DNA of 64,000 nucleotides. Source: Gracilinanus agilis. Taxonomy: Eukaryota. Below, piece after piece: positions 12,076 through 26,499 of this stretch (its first letter is position 1; each line of letters begins with the position of its first letter). Under the pieces are notes generated by a model that was given only the letters and a program-made list of their open reading frames with translations, did not search any database and was not told where the DNA came from. The position numbers and the translations under genes are program-made. The stretch covers positions 111,369,038 through 111,433,037 of the forward strand of contig NC_058132.1 in NCBI RefSeq assembly GCF_016433145.1. Reading direction: 5' to 3'.

Positions 12076-13849
12076 TCACTTTTCCTTTTATGTGGTTGTA
12101 GTTAATATGTACTGTTTTGTTTGCTTTGCATGGTCTCATTAAAGGCTTTCTACTTTTTTGATATATTACTTCATACATATGCTTATCATAATTATATTAT
12201 AGTATTCCATTACATGAATAGTACCAATTCTGGAGAGACTTTCCCACTTTTCCCTTGTTCTGGCAAGCCAGGTCCCCTGAGAGTGCTGGCTGTCAGGGTA
12301 ACCATGAGGAGCTAGGGTTTCTAGTATTACATATATGTTCCCACAAGTATGTTTCCCATTGATCATAAACTCAATTAGCTTTTTAAAAGACTTTTTACTA
12401 AGGAAGGTATAACAAGGACAGTTGTTATAGAAATCTCCTCTAAACTAGGGACATACTCTCCCCTTGTACATACATGTACAAAGTTTGGAGGAAGTAGTCA
12501 CTATGGTTCAAATTTAGTGATGATATGGGTAAAGTTACAGCATTTGATTATTGGAAGCACTTTTCTGCCTTCATGGAGCCCTCATGAAATTCATCTTATA
12601 TCTAAATGTCTGCTGAACTCTGAAAGTCAGTGCTCTTGTTGAATCCAGAAGCTTCCTTTCCTCATTATGTCTAGCTTGTCCTTGGTTTTTCTTCCAACAT
12701 CCACTCCAGACACTACTACTTTAGGAACTACTAGCTTTGAAGGACTCTGTTATCAATGTGGATGATAATTCCACTTCTTCTGACCTTTTGAAGTTCACAT
12801 GATCATTATCTTGTCAGTGAAAGATGAAGAAAGAGAGAAAGAAAACTCTCACTTGGCTCTTTTTTAGGAGTGCCACACTACAGAATTTGACTAAAACTCA
12901 GCTGACCTACTGAGAGAAAATAATTTTTGGACTGGTTTCCTTTGTTATACAAAGCCCTAGATGTGTGTCAAAACACTTCACTCCTCCAAATTAATTAAGG
13001 ACTTTTCCATACCTAGTATTCATCTTTGACTGGCTGAATCTAGTTGTCTAGACTTTTTGTGATTACTTTAAGTGGGGTGAATGTAGAACCCCAACCCTTA
13101 AAAATAAATATTCCACAATTTATTAACTGTCCTATTATTAGAATCATTTTTTATAGGTTCCCAGAAAATTTTCTATTTTCACACCTTTTTCATGGTTGAT
13201 GTGTAGACTGTATAGATCTGGTTATCAAGACTCAGTGTATTTGAAAGAGCAAAGGATTCAGTCTTCTATCCTAAATCGTCAACAAAAACATCCTAAACAT
13301 GTGACTAACTTAAGTAGGATGCATGTGTTCTCCTTTAGCAATATTAATTGATTACATAAAAATAAAATGTCAGTCAACCAATCCTAAGAACTTGCTCAAT
13401 GCCTATTATGTGCCAGCCACTAAACTAGACTCTGAACAACCAGAATGACAGTTAATACATAGAGCAGTTGTCAAGTTCTAACTTGTTGCTGGTCCAGTTG
13501 CATCTCTGGAAATCAATAAAATGACAACTTTGGGGCAATGCTACATGGAGTATCCCTGCAAGTGCTCTATCATTTATATACTGTGATGCTTCTAAGGTCT
13601 GTAATGTCATCAGTGTGTGTATGTTCTTTTGTAACCTATCCCTCCCTGCCCAGCCTATGCAACTAAAGATATTTGAGGACAATTTAATTTTTTTATTCAA
13701 CAAATATTTATTAGCTATCTATTATGTGCAAAGTAGTAGATCAACAGGTAGTTATAACACAGTCTCCATCTCAAAGACTTAGTAATACAGTAAAGGAAAG
13801 GCAAGAAGTCAAGTAGCTATGATATAGGAGAGAGAAAAAAAGTGTAGTA

Positions 13850-15165
13850 GCCCTTAGTAGGCACAGAGTAATCTTTAACAAAAATTATTGACTAATAGGA
13901 TGAATTCAGAAAATTTTGTAAAGACTTACATGAGCTGATACAAAGTAAAATAAGCAGATCCAGAAGAATAGTGTACCCAGTGACAGCAGGGTTTCTTGAA
14001 CAACTGTGATTAATCTAGTTAATTCTCAACAATAGAGTGATCCAAGAGAATCTCAGAGACTCATGTATGAAAAATGCCATCTGCCCTCCAGGAAAGAACT
14101 GGAGTCTGAATGCAGACTGAAACATACTATATTTAATTTTCTTTCTTCTTTTTTTCCATTTGAGAGTTCTTCTGAAAAACATGGTAAATTGTTTTACATG
14201 ATTGTAAAAAAACAAACAAATATTTATTGACTAATAATAAAAAATCTGGACAATGCCCAATGATAAATCTAAGGGAGCCCAATCTGGTAGAGCATCCCTG
14301 GAGCACATATCCCTGAGCATCTCATACCTATCATATTGGTTAACATAACAGGAAAGGAAAAAGATAAATGCCAGAGGGGATGTAGAAAAATTGAGACACT
14401 AATGCATTGTTGGTTTGTGAACTGATCCAACCATTTTGGAGAGCAATTCGGAACTATGCACAAAGGGACATAAAATTGTGCATACCCTTTCATCTTGTAA
14501 CACCACTACTAGATCTGTATCCCATAGATCAAAGAAAGGGAAAAGGACCAATTTGTACAAAAATATGTATAACAGTTCTTTGTGATGGAAAAGAATTGGA
14601 AATTGAGAGGATGTTCACCAACTGAGGAATGACAAACAAATTTATGATTGTGATAGAATACTAGTGCTCTATAAGAAATTATGAACAGAATGATTTCAGA
14701 AAAACCTGGAAAGACTTACATGAATTGATGCAAAGCAAAATGAGCAGAATGAGCAGAACCAGGAGACAGCATACATAGTAAAAGCAATATTGAATGATCA
14801 ACTGTGAAAGACCTAAGTATCTCTCCAAGACAATTTTGAAGGACATATGATAAGAAATGGCATCCACCTCCAGAGAAAGAACTGATGTAGTCTGCATGTA
14901 GATTGAAGCATGCTGTTTTTAATTTTATTTTTTGTGTGGGTTTAATTGTTGGTTTTGACTTTATATGTGTGTTTTCTCACAATATGACCCATATACAGAT
15001 ATGTTTTGCCTGATCATACATGTATAATCCAGATCAGAGTGCTTGCCATGTCAGAGAAGAGGAAGGGAAAAGAGGGAGGAAGATATTTTTGGATCTCAAA
15101 ATTTCAGAAAAATGTATTTTTAAAATTGTTATTGCATGTAATTAGAAAAAATATTTTTTAAAAAG
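13850..15165 (+). mobile_element. Two adjacent L1 3' fragments (~13850-14215 and ~14290-15165)
   Basis: L1 ORF2 C-terminal signature (gaactgatccaaccattttggagagcaatt) and 3' UTR (cacctccagagaaagaactg). Confidence 0.8.
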
Positions 15166-15399
15166 TAAAAAGGGAACTGGTATCTTTCAGATGCTACCAA
15201 ACCCAATGCCAATGTTATGTGCATTCACTCATTCCTCTACTTGCAAAATGCTTTGGTTAGTTAAGGCCCTGATCACAAGACAAGAAAAAAAACTATAGTT
15301 CTGGATAGTTGGGTTTTACATGTTTGTTAGGTAAAATTTACCAGAGACTAACAGAAGATCGAAAGATCTAAAATGCCATAAAAAGCAGTGTTGCATGTA

Positions 15400-15910
15400 G
15401 CTTAGTGAAAACAACCTAGTAAAGCCAGTAAGACCTAGATTCAAATCCTGCCTTACTAAATGTGTGAAGTCACTTCATTTCTGTGAGCCTCAGTTGCTTC
15501 CTCTGGAAAATGGGAACAATTATATCTGTGCTACTTCTCTCATAGGGTAGTTGTAAGATTAAAATAAGACAACATATATAAAACACTTTATAAACCTTAA
15601 AGTGCTATGTATATATATATGCTATTAATTGTTCATAAATCATAGCCTAGTTGTAAAACATCGTAGTGAGGAGATACAGTGGTTAGAGTACTAAGCTTGT
15701 GGGCAGGAAGATCTGAATTCAAATCCTGCCTCAGTGACTAATATCTGTGTTACTTTGTTCAAGTCATTTAACCTCTATTTGCCTCAGTGTCCTCAGCTAC
15801 AAAATGGGGGAAATAATAGCAGGTACCTATTGAGGGTTATTGTGAGGACAAAATGAGATAATATTTTGTTAAACTTAGAACAGTGCCTGGTAGATAGGAG
15901 CTATATAAAT
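15400..15910 (+). mobile_element. Two MIR/CORE-SINE copies
   Basis: CORE motif (ctgtgagcctcagttgcttcctctggaaaatgg; gcctcagtgtcctcagctacaaaatggg). Confidence 0.75.
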
Positions 15911-16034
15911 ACTAGCAGTCATAAAACAAAAGTAATACCTGTAGTAGACCACTAACCTTGATATTCAAAAATCTGATATCACTGTAATTCATGCTGCTGC
16001 CACCACCAAGAAAACAGTTAGGTGAAACCATACA

Positions 16035-16460
16035 AATCATAGAATCTTCAGGTTGGGAGAGACTCAAAGACCATCCAGTTCAAATTCCAGCCTCCCTACC
16101 CCCTCCTTGCAACGCAATACAGGATCTTTCAGCCTAAAACATCCCTAAAACTGAAAGCTCCCTCCCCATAGCTTCTATTCAGTGGTTCTGGTTTTTGTTT
16201 CTTGGCCAAGCAAAATAAGTCTAATCTTCTTTCATAAAATGGCCCTTCAAATTATTTGAAGATAGGGAACATGTGTCCTAACTCTTCCTTTCCTGGGCTA
16301 TATGTTCCCAATTAATGGAAATTCTAATAAGTCATAGTTTCTGATCCCTTCACAGTTCCTGGCCTCTGTCCTCTGGAGAGGCCAAAATGTGCCCATCCCT
16401 CCCACAAAAGAACACAGTACTTGAGATGTAGTCTGACTGGAGAAGAGAACAATGGGATTG
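16035..16460 (-). mobile_element. L3/CR1 3' fragment
   Basis: tcatagaatc... start and reverse-complement CR1 RT tail. Confidence 0.65.
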
Positions 16461-17854
16461 TAACTTCTCCTTATAAGTAGATGTATAACTACTGTTTTGA
16501 CCCCATTTTTTGAACACTAAAGAATGACCTCTTCTTCATTTTCTTTTTATAGTAATTGTATCTGTACTTCCTCACTCACAGGGTTGTTATGAGACTCAAA
16601 TAAGATAATGTGTATAAGACACATTAGCCTTAAAGTAAAACCTTAAATCACTACAAACTCATATGTATTTAAAAAACAACAACATTCATACAGTCCTGTA
16701 TTTTATCTTGCTTGTTAACCTGGGAATACAATTAATAATAATAGTAATAATAATAATAGAAGAAGGAAATAAACATTTATGAAGCACCTACTATGTAACA
16801 GGCATCGTGCTAAATGTTATTGTTTTTTTACAAATAATACCTCATTCAGTTCTCACAACAAGATGAGAAAACGGGCATACTGAAGTTAAGTGATTGTCCA
16901 GAGTCACACGGCTAATAAATGTCTGAAGCTGGAACTCAGGTCTTCCTGATTCTAGGTCCAGTGCTCTATCTACTGTGTCACTGAGCTGCCTCATATACTA
17001 AATGCACTGAATACAATGTAATATTAAATATCATATAATTAAAATGTACTGAAGATATGCATGATAACATTTACAATTTCTCCAGAATCTTTTTATTGCT
17101 CAAATACATTTATCAAAGTTCAATACCTTTAACTCTTTTACACCTCCAGGTCCCCCTCCCACATCCAAATTAGCTAAAGCAATTAGATTATATAATCTGC
17201 TTGTTCTTGGGCAATTTTTAAGACCAAACCATTTTTAAATGTGTGGGGGAAAGTGTATTAGTGTATTTCAAATTAAGCTTTTTTTTTTAAGTTTGATAGA
17301 TTTTTAGTATATCTACTCCCCAAAATTAAATCAAATGGATTTTATTCTAACTGGCAGTTCAGAGAGACATTTGACCACCAAATTAGCCCTCTAAAATTAG
17401 TGATTAAAATGTAGATACTAACAGATCCCAAGATTATTATTGCAGCATTTCTACATGTTACCATAAAGGCAGGAGAAAAACAAATCTGCCAAGTTTCTTG
17501 TACAATTTAAGTCACTTTGCACTGAAATCGCTTTAGTTGTTTGTGGGATTTTTAAATCAGATAAAAATAGGGCTGCTGTTTTCTTTATACAAATTAACAT
17601 AGTTGACATTTAGCCAGATCAACCCTGGACACAGTGGGGGATGTACAGTTTGTCCTGATTTTGTGGGAAATGAAAAATGCAGTACTTGGCATGAAAAGAA
17701 ATATGTTAACCAAAAAATGTTGTAGAATATACCAAACAAAATTAAGTAAATTGGCTTTCTGGAGTCTCTGCTTTCGAGAAAAAAATGGATAGATTTCTGA
17801 CCTACTTAAAAAAACATTATTAAGGATTCTAAAGGTTAATTATTAATTCTAAAC

Positions 17855-17930
17855 GTAAATAAGTAAACTTCTTTTGTTGCAGAAAGTTTTCTGTAAATAA
17901 GTAAACTTCTTTTGTTGCAGAAATTTTTTT
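17855..17930. repeat. Tandem duplication, 38-bp unit x2
   Basis: gtaaataagtaaacttcttttgttgcagaaa repeated at 17855 and 17893. Confidence 0.95.
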
Positions 17931-20900
17931 GTGGTCTAGTTAAATAAACAATCTTCCTTTGAATAGTTTTTGTGTAAAAGCCTCTGGAAATGGCTTGTCT
18001 ACAGAGCTTTCCCTATATTTATTCTTATCCAAATCCAACAGGCCAAGGCCAAAGAGGCTAGGGAATGAGCCCTTCTGACTCTAAATTCTATAATCTTACT
18101 GAACTATTTAAAACCTCAGTTAACTACAATGCTTGGGAAATAGAGTATTCTGGTTAACTGAAAGGCAGTGTGATGTTTCAAATGGAAAAACCACTGGACT
18201 GAAAAGAGAAGACTTGGATTTGAGTCCTCTAAAAAAGGGTTTGGGCTTACAAACACTTAAGCTTTCTGAGGCTCAGTTTCTTCTTATGTAAAATGAAATC
18301 TGGCCTCAAGACACTTCCTAGCTATGTGACCCTGGGCAAATCATTTAACCCCCATTCTTCCCCCTTCCCAGTTCCATTCTCCTGCCATTGAACCAATACA
18401 CAGTATTGATTTTAAGAAGGAAGGTCAGAGTTTAAAAAAAAAATAAAATTAAGGAAATGGACCAAGTGATCTCAAAGCTACCTTGCAACTTTAGATCTTA
18501 CTAAAAAAATAAATGAAAACCAAATTTTTATTTCAAGGCTTTTTGTTGAAAAATTTTCTTAGTAATTTGTGTCTGCTTTTTTGCCTTAGTAAATAGACTA
18601 TTGAAGTAATTGAATATTTCTTAGATGTCTATGAATCTTACAGAAAATTTCCTGAATAGGAACAAATTCCAAATTCTGGCATGCTATATAATGAGAATTG
18701 GTGCAGCTAAGTAGTATAGATAAAAGTGCAGGATTTGGAATCAAGTCCCAAGTTCAGATCAGGCACTTGCTTTGTGAACCCTGGACAGTTCCTTTAATTC
18801 TCTGTGCTTCTTCTGTTTCCTCATCTGTAAAATGAAAGAGTTGGACTTGATGACTTCTAAGATCCCTTCAAGCTCTATATTTATGATCCTCTGATTATTA
18901 AAATGATGATCTTGAGGATAACAAATATGTATTTCCTTCAGAAAATACTTAGAAAGTTCCTCTTTCTTAATAAATCTCAGGTATAAGCTTGTTTTCTTGG
19001 TCATTTTGTTCTGAAAAATGGAGTTGGGGTAAGAGAAAGAATAGATTAACTGAAGGTACTAGCTAAAAGGAGACCAGTTAATTGAGGTCTTTCTCAGCCT
19101 TCTAATTTATTTATAAAAGGAAAAAAAAATTTAATGGATTTTATTTGTTTTAAAACAGTTTGCACTTTCCCCCCCTACTTCACTGATCAGCATTTCTCTC
19201 CTGGGCTCAAACCTTACCTTCACCATTATCTGCTAAAAATTAGTATCTGTTAAAAATTTCTCTATTCTTACTTTTTAAAAATAACAGATGAATTGAATGG
19301 ATAAAGTCATTTGAATAGTTCTAGCTGTTGTTAATAAATATTAACTATGTTGCAAGGATATAAGCATTATGGAGTACTATATTTGCATGTACTACTCACA
19401 CAAATAATAGGACCAACCTTACTTCTGAGCAAAGTAGGAAGCCACCTACTAGAATCATTTGAGGATTTAATGGGAAAACTGTAAATGGGAAGTGAATCAG
19501 GAATCACAGCTAATTCCCTTAGCTCTCCCTACCCTAAGTTTTTCCATCTCTAATGACTCTACTTCACTTAGCTTTAATCAAATGAGATCAACTGAGATAA
19601 TATTTATAAAATACTTAGCCCAGTGACTGACATACATTAGGTGATTAATAAATTCTTGTTCATTTTTTCCATCACCTTCATATAGGAAATAAGGGGTAGG
19701 GCTACCACAAACCCATCAGACTTGAAAAGACACTTTGAAGTGATTGGAGTCCTACTCCCCTCATTTTATCACTGAAGAAACTTAGACCTAGAGAGGTAAA
19801 GGGATTTGTGTAAGATCACAGAGCTACCAAGTATTGAAACTGAGATTCAGACCCAAATATTCTGACTCACAAGACCTTTCCAAGATAGAATAGTGGAAAG
19901 AAAAAGGAACTTCAAATTATAGAACATCATATAAGAACTGAAAAAGACTTCAAAAGTCTAGTTCAAACCCCTGACTTTACAGATAACCCCAGAGGCCCAG
20001 AGAGATAAAGTAATTGGCCAAGATCTTACAACTTGTTAGTGTCAGATGCCAGAAAAATGGCTTATTCTTTTGACTCCTAGTCTAGATCTCTTTCTAGCAT
20101 ACCACACTGGTTCCTTGTTCTACCTTGCTTAGGTCCTAACACAAGGCTTAGGTAGCAGGTGCTTAATAAATGTTTGTGGAGTTGAAGTACAGATTTTAAA
20201 ACTGAGGCCTAAGAATTTGATTCAATCAATTCCCAAAGTGTTACTTAAGCCTGGACTATGTGTTAGGAAATAAAGATAAAACTCAGCACAGTCCTTTTCC
20301 TCCAGGAATATATCATCTGAAAAGGGGATGTCATGTAGATTAATAACCATGATACAAGTTAGATTGTACCCAGGAGTCACTTAGAGTAATAAGAAATGGA
20401 GAAAGAGTTATTACTTCAAAATGGGAGTGTCCCCACTTCAAGGCTGTATGGCCCTGGGCAAGTAGTAGAAGAGTGGTAGAAAGAAACTAGACCTATGATT
20501 TCATTGGTATAGGAAACTTCTAGATGAGAAGACTCCCTCCACTAATACAGGGAGGTATCTTCTTTGCAAGTTATTGTTATAGAATCTCAAGATCCCAGAT
20601 TTAGAAAAGCCTCAAAAGTCATTTGTTCAACCAAAAGAGCTGAAAATGTGTAGGTGTGGGGCAGTCCTGTACAAAAATAACAGCAGTGAAGCACAGTTAC
20701 CGGGATATGGGGCCCTAATGTAATTCTTCCTCTTCTTTGAGTGAGAGTTGTCTAGGGAGTGATCCCTTCTCAGCATCAAGATAGTCTCTGGGAGATTGTA
20801 CTCATTTTTTTTTTACATGGGATCTGAGTATGATTCTATTGCTTGATTTTCATCCTTGTTACTTACCTTGTTATTCTGCCTCAGTTAAACGCTTTGCAAT

Positions 20901-22799
20901 TTGATTTGTCTAGTAAGTTGTTAGAGAAGGTACCAAATAAGAGCTTGAGTTATATTTGCATAATTATGATTGCCTAAAACACTCCATACTGTAGTTGGGG
21001 TAATTAAATAGACTCCAGAGTTAAGTGGAACCAATGCTACATATGTAACTATATATATATATAAAGTCCTTTTAAACATACAAAAATATATGTATACATA
21101 TAATATATGTATAAAGTACTTTTCTCATAAAAAATCTTGGGTCATAACTAATATAATTATAACAGTCTTCCAGAGAGGAATAACTATAAGCAAATAACAG
21201 TAATAAATAAGATAATGGGTATGGCCAAGAAGAAAAGTTTATAGAATTATGTTCCCACAAAGCCTGGGACTGGGAGGATATTGTTCATTAGAAAGAATTT
21301 CCCTGAACTATTTCCCCAAAGATTGTATGTCTGGATAAATAATAACCAGAATCACCAAGTTGGGAGTCTGGAGGAGAAAGCTTTGGATAGGTGTTAACCT
21401 ACCCAATAATACCTTAATAATAACAAATACCAAAAACCAAATAATAGTCATATGTACAAAAGACGATTAAAAAACTGAGGTTGAAAAAGACAATATGTTG
21501 AGGTATAATGAGAATTGAGCTAACTCATCCAACCAGGCCTTAAGCAAAGAGAACATGAAGGTGGTGAATTCTGATGTTGAGGAAGGTCCCCAGGCCCCAG
21601 TATGGCAGGCTCGGATGGTGTACACGTCTGGAAAATACTGCATAATCAAAGAACATCAAAAGAGTATTAGATAAATGAAACAGAAGAAAGACTATTAAAA
21701 GGGAGGAGAAAGAATTGAGCCAAAAAAAAATAACATGAATAAATTTCATCTATTTCATAGTTTTGTCCAAATGAGTTTATAATTTAGATGTTAATTTCCA
21801 AGTACTTACATATAATCCCATAAATGACCAAATTGTCAAATTTTAAGATACTATTCTACAGCATCATCATATAACTGCCTTTCCAAACCTCTATTTCACC
21901 CAGGCTGGATGCAAGATGAATGATCCAAGAAGTTGTGGAAGAACAGTTGCCAGAAACCTCTAAAGGAAGTTCTCAAATGTATTCCCAGGAGAAGAGGGGT
22001 GAAGAGAGAATGGTGCAATTGACCTGCCTAAGGAGAGACCAAATGAAGATTCATCCTCTTTTCTTTCAATTCAATTCAACAAGCACTTATTAAGAATTTA
22101 ACATACAGTATGCTAAAGATAAAAGACAAGAAGAAAACTAAAACATTCCATGCCTTCACAGAGCACATAATTTATTAAGAGCAAATGACATGTACATGCA
22201 AGTAAATATGTGCAAAAGATATAAAAACTTAGATGAAGAGTATTCCACCATCCACTGTCCAAACTTAGATGATCTCTAAGCTCTGTTTCAGAAATAAAAA
22301 TATTCTATGATTTTAAATGAAAATGAAGAGCCCCACAGAATCCATAAGGCAAGTTTCCTCTAACAAGGTAATCTTGGCTTCATCATGATCACATTCCCAT
22401 TACTAAAATAGTTCCTTTCATAGTAGAGTCAAACAATCCCCCAAAAGGAGCAGACTATGTGATTTAGAACTCTCTTCAAAGATAAATTAAGATTATTTTA
22501 TAGAAATGCACCAATATCTTGGTATAGGAGATGCCTAACTTTTAATTACTCAACTAATGTTGTAGATGCCTTACATATGAAGACATATTAGCTATATAAA
22601 TAGGTACACTGGAATGACTGGGTGGCCACAGTACTCTCTCATTACCAGCTGCCAGAAATTGAAATTCGAATCTTTTCTTCCCTTCTCTTTCTCCCTTGAA
22701 ACTATGTTCCTCATTTCTTCTACAGGATCTCCATCTGCTAAACTCCTTAAGAAACTTTTCCCTTCAGCTAACCTATTATGGCAACTTCTTTCATCTTCC

Positions 22800-24400
22800 T
22801 AATCACTACCACTTCTTTTGAGTCTTTTTAGGTAACATCTGCAACCTCAATAATATCTGTTCAGTCCTTTGATAAAATATCTACCAAACTTACTGAATCT
22901 AAGAGTTCCTCTGAAATACTTCAATATTTTTGTACCCAAAGACTTGCTATTATTAGCTATGTACATCTCTACCTTTCCTTACATTTTCAATATAAAAAAA
23001 TAAAACCCAATATATTTCATTTCCTGCCATTTTACTAAAAAGAGAATTTAGTCCAGGAATCAAAGTCAATCTCACCCAAATATCAGTGAAAGAATCCATA
23101 TTCTTCCTATTTATAAAATTCAGGACATTTACCCAAGTCCATTCCTCTTCTTCCTCTCCCATTCTCTATGACATTATGGTTCCCATAATCAAATTTATTT
23201 ATTTTTTTGCTATACTTGGATGTTTTTTGTCTAGTCCAAGTAATTCCCATAGGACATCTTACCATCTCCTCACTTATCTTGAGTTTCAATCCTTTGTACA
23301 CCTGTTCTGTTCTATTCCTAGCCCCAAAATTGTTCTCTTTGGTGGAGAAAATAGAAGCAAAATAAGAGTTGAGCAGTTAGGGTCTTCTCTTTCCCATCTT
23401 TTATCATTATCTTATTCTCCTCCAAAAGTGGTTTCATTCCTTCTTTAATCATCTTTTTGCCTGCAAATTGACTTTTTTTTAAAGTTCCCTTTGCTTGTTT
23501 AGTTTGTCCTGTATGTTTAGCATCCCATCACTTTTTGTATTAATCTTCAATTACCTGCCCTAGTGCTTGTCTTCTGTGAATGTTATTTTATGAAAATCAA
23601 TTAGTTCCCTCATCATGCATATCTGTCCCTTTGGAAAGCAACCCCTCCCCATCAGAATTGTTTGCATATCTGCCTTTAGACTTTTATTCTTGAAAGCAGA
23701 GCATCTTTCTTGAACTTTCTTCTGTATAATTTTAGGGCATGGGGTCCCACCACAGGGTCCTGCTTAACTGAAACCCATTGATCGTCACTCACCCTGCCAC
23801 CACTTCCTCTTCTATATGTTCACTAAATATTCCTTTAATAACATTTTCTAGAATTTTGCCAGGAAACAAAGACAAATTCACTCTCATATTAATGTAGGTA
23901 GACTCTTATTCTTTATTTAAAATTGGGAGAGTTGCCCTTCTCCAATCCTATAGTACCTTTTAAAAATTGTTTTCCATGATATTATATCCATCACCAGCAT
24001 TGGCTAAATAATTGTACCTAATAGTTCTTATAGAATCCTGCACCTGGTATCCTGAACTCATCAAAAGCATTTAAGTGATCTCTTACTAACTTCCTTTTTA
24101 TCTAAGGAAACAATTCCCTATTTACCACTTTTATTCAAAGACGATTCCCTTTAGCAAAGAAAACAGAAGCAAAAGTTGTTTCTACCTTCTCTCTGTCATA
24201 GATTACCATGGTTCTTTCCCAGGATCATTCCTATCCTTCTTTGTTGTAGTATTATATGGACTTCTTCTTCCCCACTCATGGGCATGTGTATTTATTCCCC
24301 CTCATTCCTTTCAGGAGGCTCAAAGCAATGCTATGGTTATGCTATAACATCTCCATGGGTAGGGCATGTTTGTGAAATTGTCCTGTAAGAATTTAGACAG
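22800..24400 (-). mobile_element. L3/CR1 ORF2 fragment (degenerate)
   Basis: Reverse-complement CR1 ORF2 motifs; accounts for the incidental ORFs at 22953-23448. Confidence 0.7.
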
Positions 24401-24405
24401 CCCAG

Positions 24406-24630
24406 TTGTTATTTCTTAGTCATTCAGTTGTGTTCTACTCATTGTGACCCTAAATTGGGTTTTCTTAGCAAAAATACTGGAGTGGTTTGCATTTCCTTTT
24501 TCAGTGGATTATGACAAAGATTAAGTGACTTAACCAGGGTCACAAAGCAACTGTCTGAGGCTGGATTCAAACTCAGGTCTTCCTCACTCTAGATCCATTG
24601 CTCTATCCACTGAACCATCTAGCAGCTTCT
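24406..24630 (-). mobile_element. Mar1-like marsupial SINE (CORE plus RTE-type tail)
   Basis: gggttttcttagcaaaaatactggagtggtttgcatttcc RTE/BovB-like tail. Confidence 0.85.
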
Positions 24631-26499
24631 AGAGAAGCCTATTATTGGGAAATTTTCAGTCCATCTATTTAATTCTATGAAGTATGTGTCTGGGCAAAAA
24701 ACTTCAGGGGTCACAGGAACATATATTTAGCACTAGAAGAGACCTTAGAGTTTGTCTAGTCCTATCACTGCTTTTACAGATAAGGAACTGAGGAACAGAA
24801 TGATTAAGTGACTTTCCCAAGGTCATGCAGAAACCACACCCCAACCCATACTCTTAAAATACTCATACATAAATATGGGCTTCATCACAAAACTGCCACC
24901 ATCCCCAGGTCATGAATTCCGCGAATTCATATTAGTGGAAGTAGTCAATCAGAAATAGTTCATTTTATTCCTTGTTCTGGTTTTTCCTTGGCATCCTAGA
25001 TAACACAAAAATTCTCAAAGAAAATCTTCTTGCTATATAAAATCCTCTTGTATATCAGGTTGCAGTAAGATCAAAATTTATGTTCTGGATTTTGTCCATA
25101 TTGTTCACTGCCTCTAGTTTATTGTTCATTTTTTCATTGATTTTTCAATCCCAGTCTACTTTATAAACTTCAAGAGAGCACTATTACCTGATAGTATGCA
25201 TATAGTATGTACATATAGACAGTTTCCCTACCTGCAGGACCAACCCCCACACCCTCTACCCCACTACCATTACTGAGGGAAGATCAGGAAGAATTCTTTA
25301 TGATTATTTAACTCCTGGAGACTCAGGATTCACCTCCAGCACTTGTTGAAATGGGAAGGACACTAACTAAAAATAATGCCCTAGGAGTCAGCCTACTGAC
25401 TCTGTAACTAGTGGTACACCAAGCCCAGGAGACCTGGAGAAGAAATAGTACTCTCCACCACTTAGAGTTGTCTACTTCCTTGGAGAACAAGTCAGTTGGA
25501 AGAATTTAGGGCTTTTGTTTTGACCCGGTTTCTACTTCAGATCAAGTTACTAATTTTGGCTTGTTTGTTCAACAGTTCCCTGTGGAAGGACTTCCCAGCA
25601 GTAATATCCTCCCTTTCTCCTCCCCCTCCACAAACAGGAAGGGTGATAATTAGTGCCTTGGAACCTGCTCAGCTATAACCCATTATAGGGCCAGGGGCAA
25701 GGACAAGTTATGGGCAGGCAAAGGAGCATTAGAAATATGAGAATAAAGTTCATAAAGAAGACTGAGGCTAGACAAAGATTTCAGAGTAATGGGAACAGAG
25801 CTGAATCCTGGAATCAGAGAAGAGGAAACTGCCATAGGAGAAAGCACAGAAAGAGAGATAGGTAACTGCCTTGACTGAAAATTGGAAAGTCATCCCATCA
25901 CAACCCTACTCTTACCACTGCCCCTACCATGAGATTGTTTCTTCATTCCTCAACCCCTGGAATCTTCTACCTGTCCCCTTAATAGCCCATTTCCCCCCAC
26001 CAGCCTTCATTCTGTAGGAGCTTCTGATGGACCAACATAGCTATCTATCAGTAACTCTGATCTAGAGGAGTCTCCACTGCTTAGAGTTATCTATATTGCC
26101 TGGGAGAACAAATCTAGTCAGAAGAATTTATGATTCTTATTTTTACCTGATTTCTACTTCAGATCTGCTTACTAATATTAGTTTGTTTGTTCATCCAGTG
26201 GGTAAAGGGTAGGAAAAGGAGACTATTCTATTCTTGCTAAAAAGGACAATGGGAAATAGGAGAGGAGATGAGGGAGATAAGACCAGGCATTATAAATCAG
26301 AATTCTGAATGCATTTTCCCCAAGAAATACTATCACATGTTATTTATAATGCTTTTAGTACCTGACTTCAACTCTTCCCTGTTTTCATATGGGATGTGTC
26401 TTATCTAAATTTTATATCTCATTCAGAGCCTAATATATAGAGTAAATACTTAATATTTTTTTTGCTATTGTTACATACTATAGGTGTATCATTATAGGC

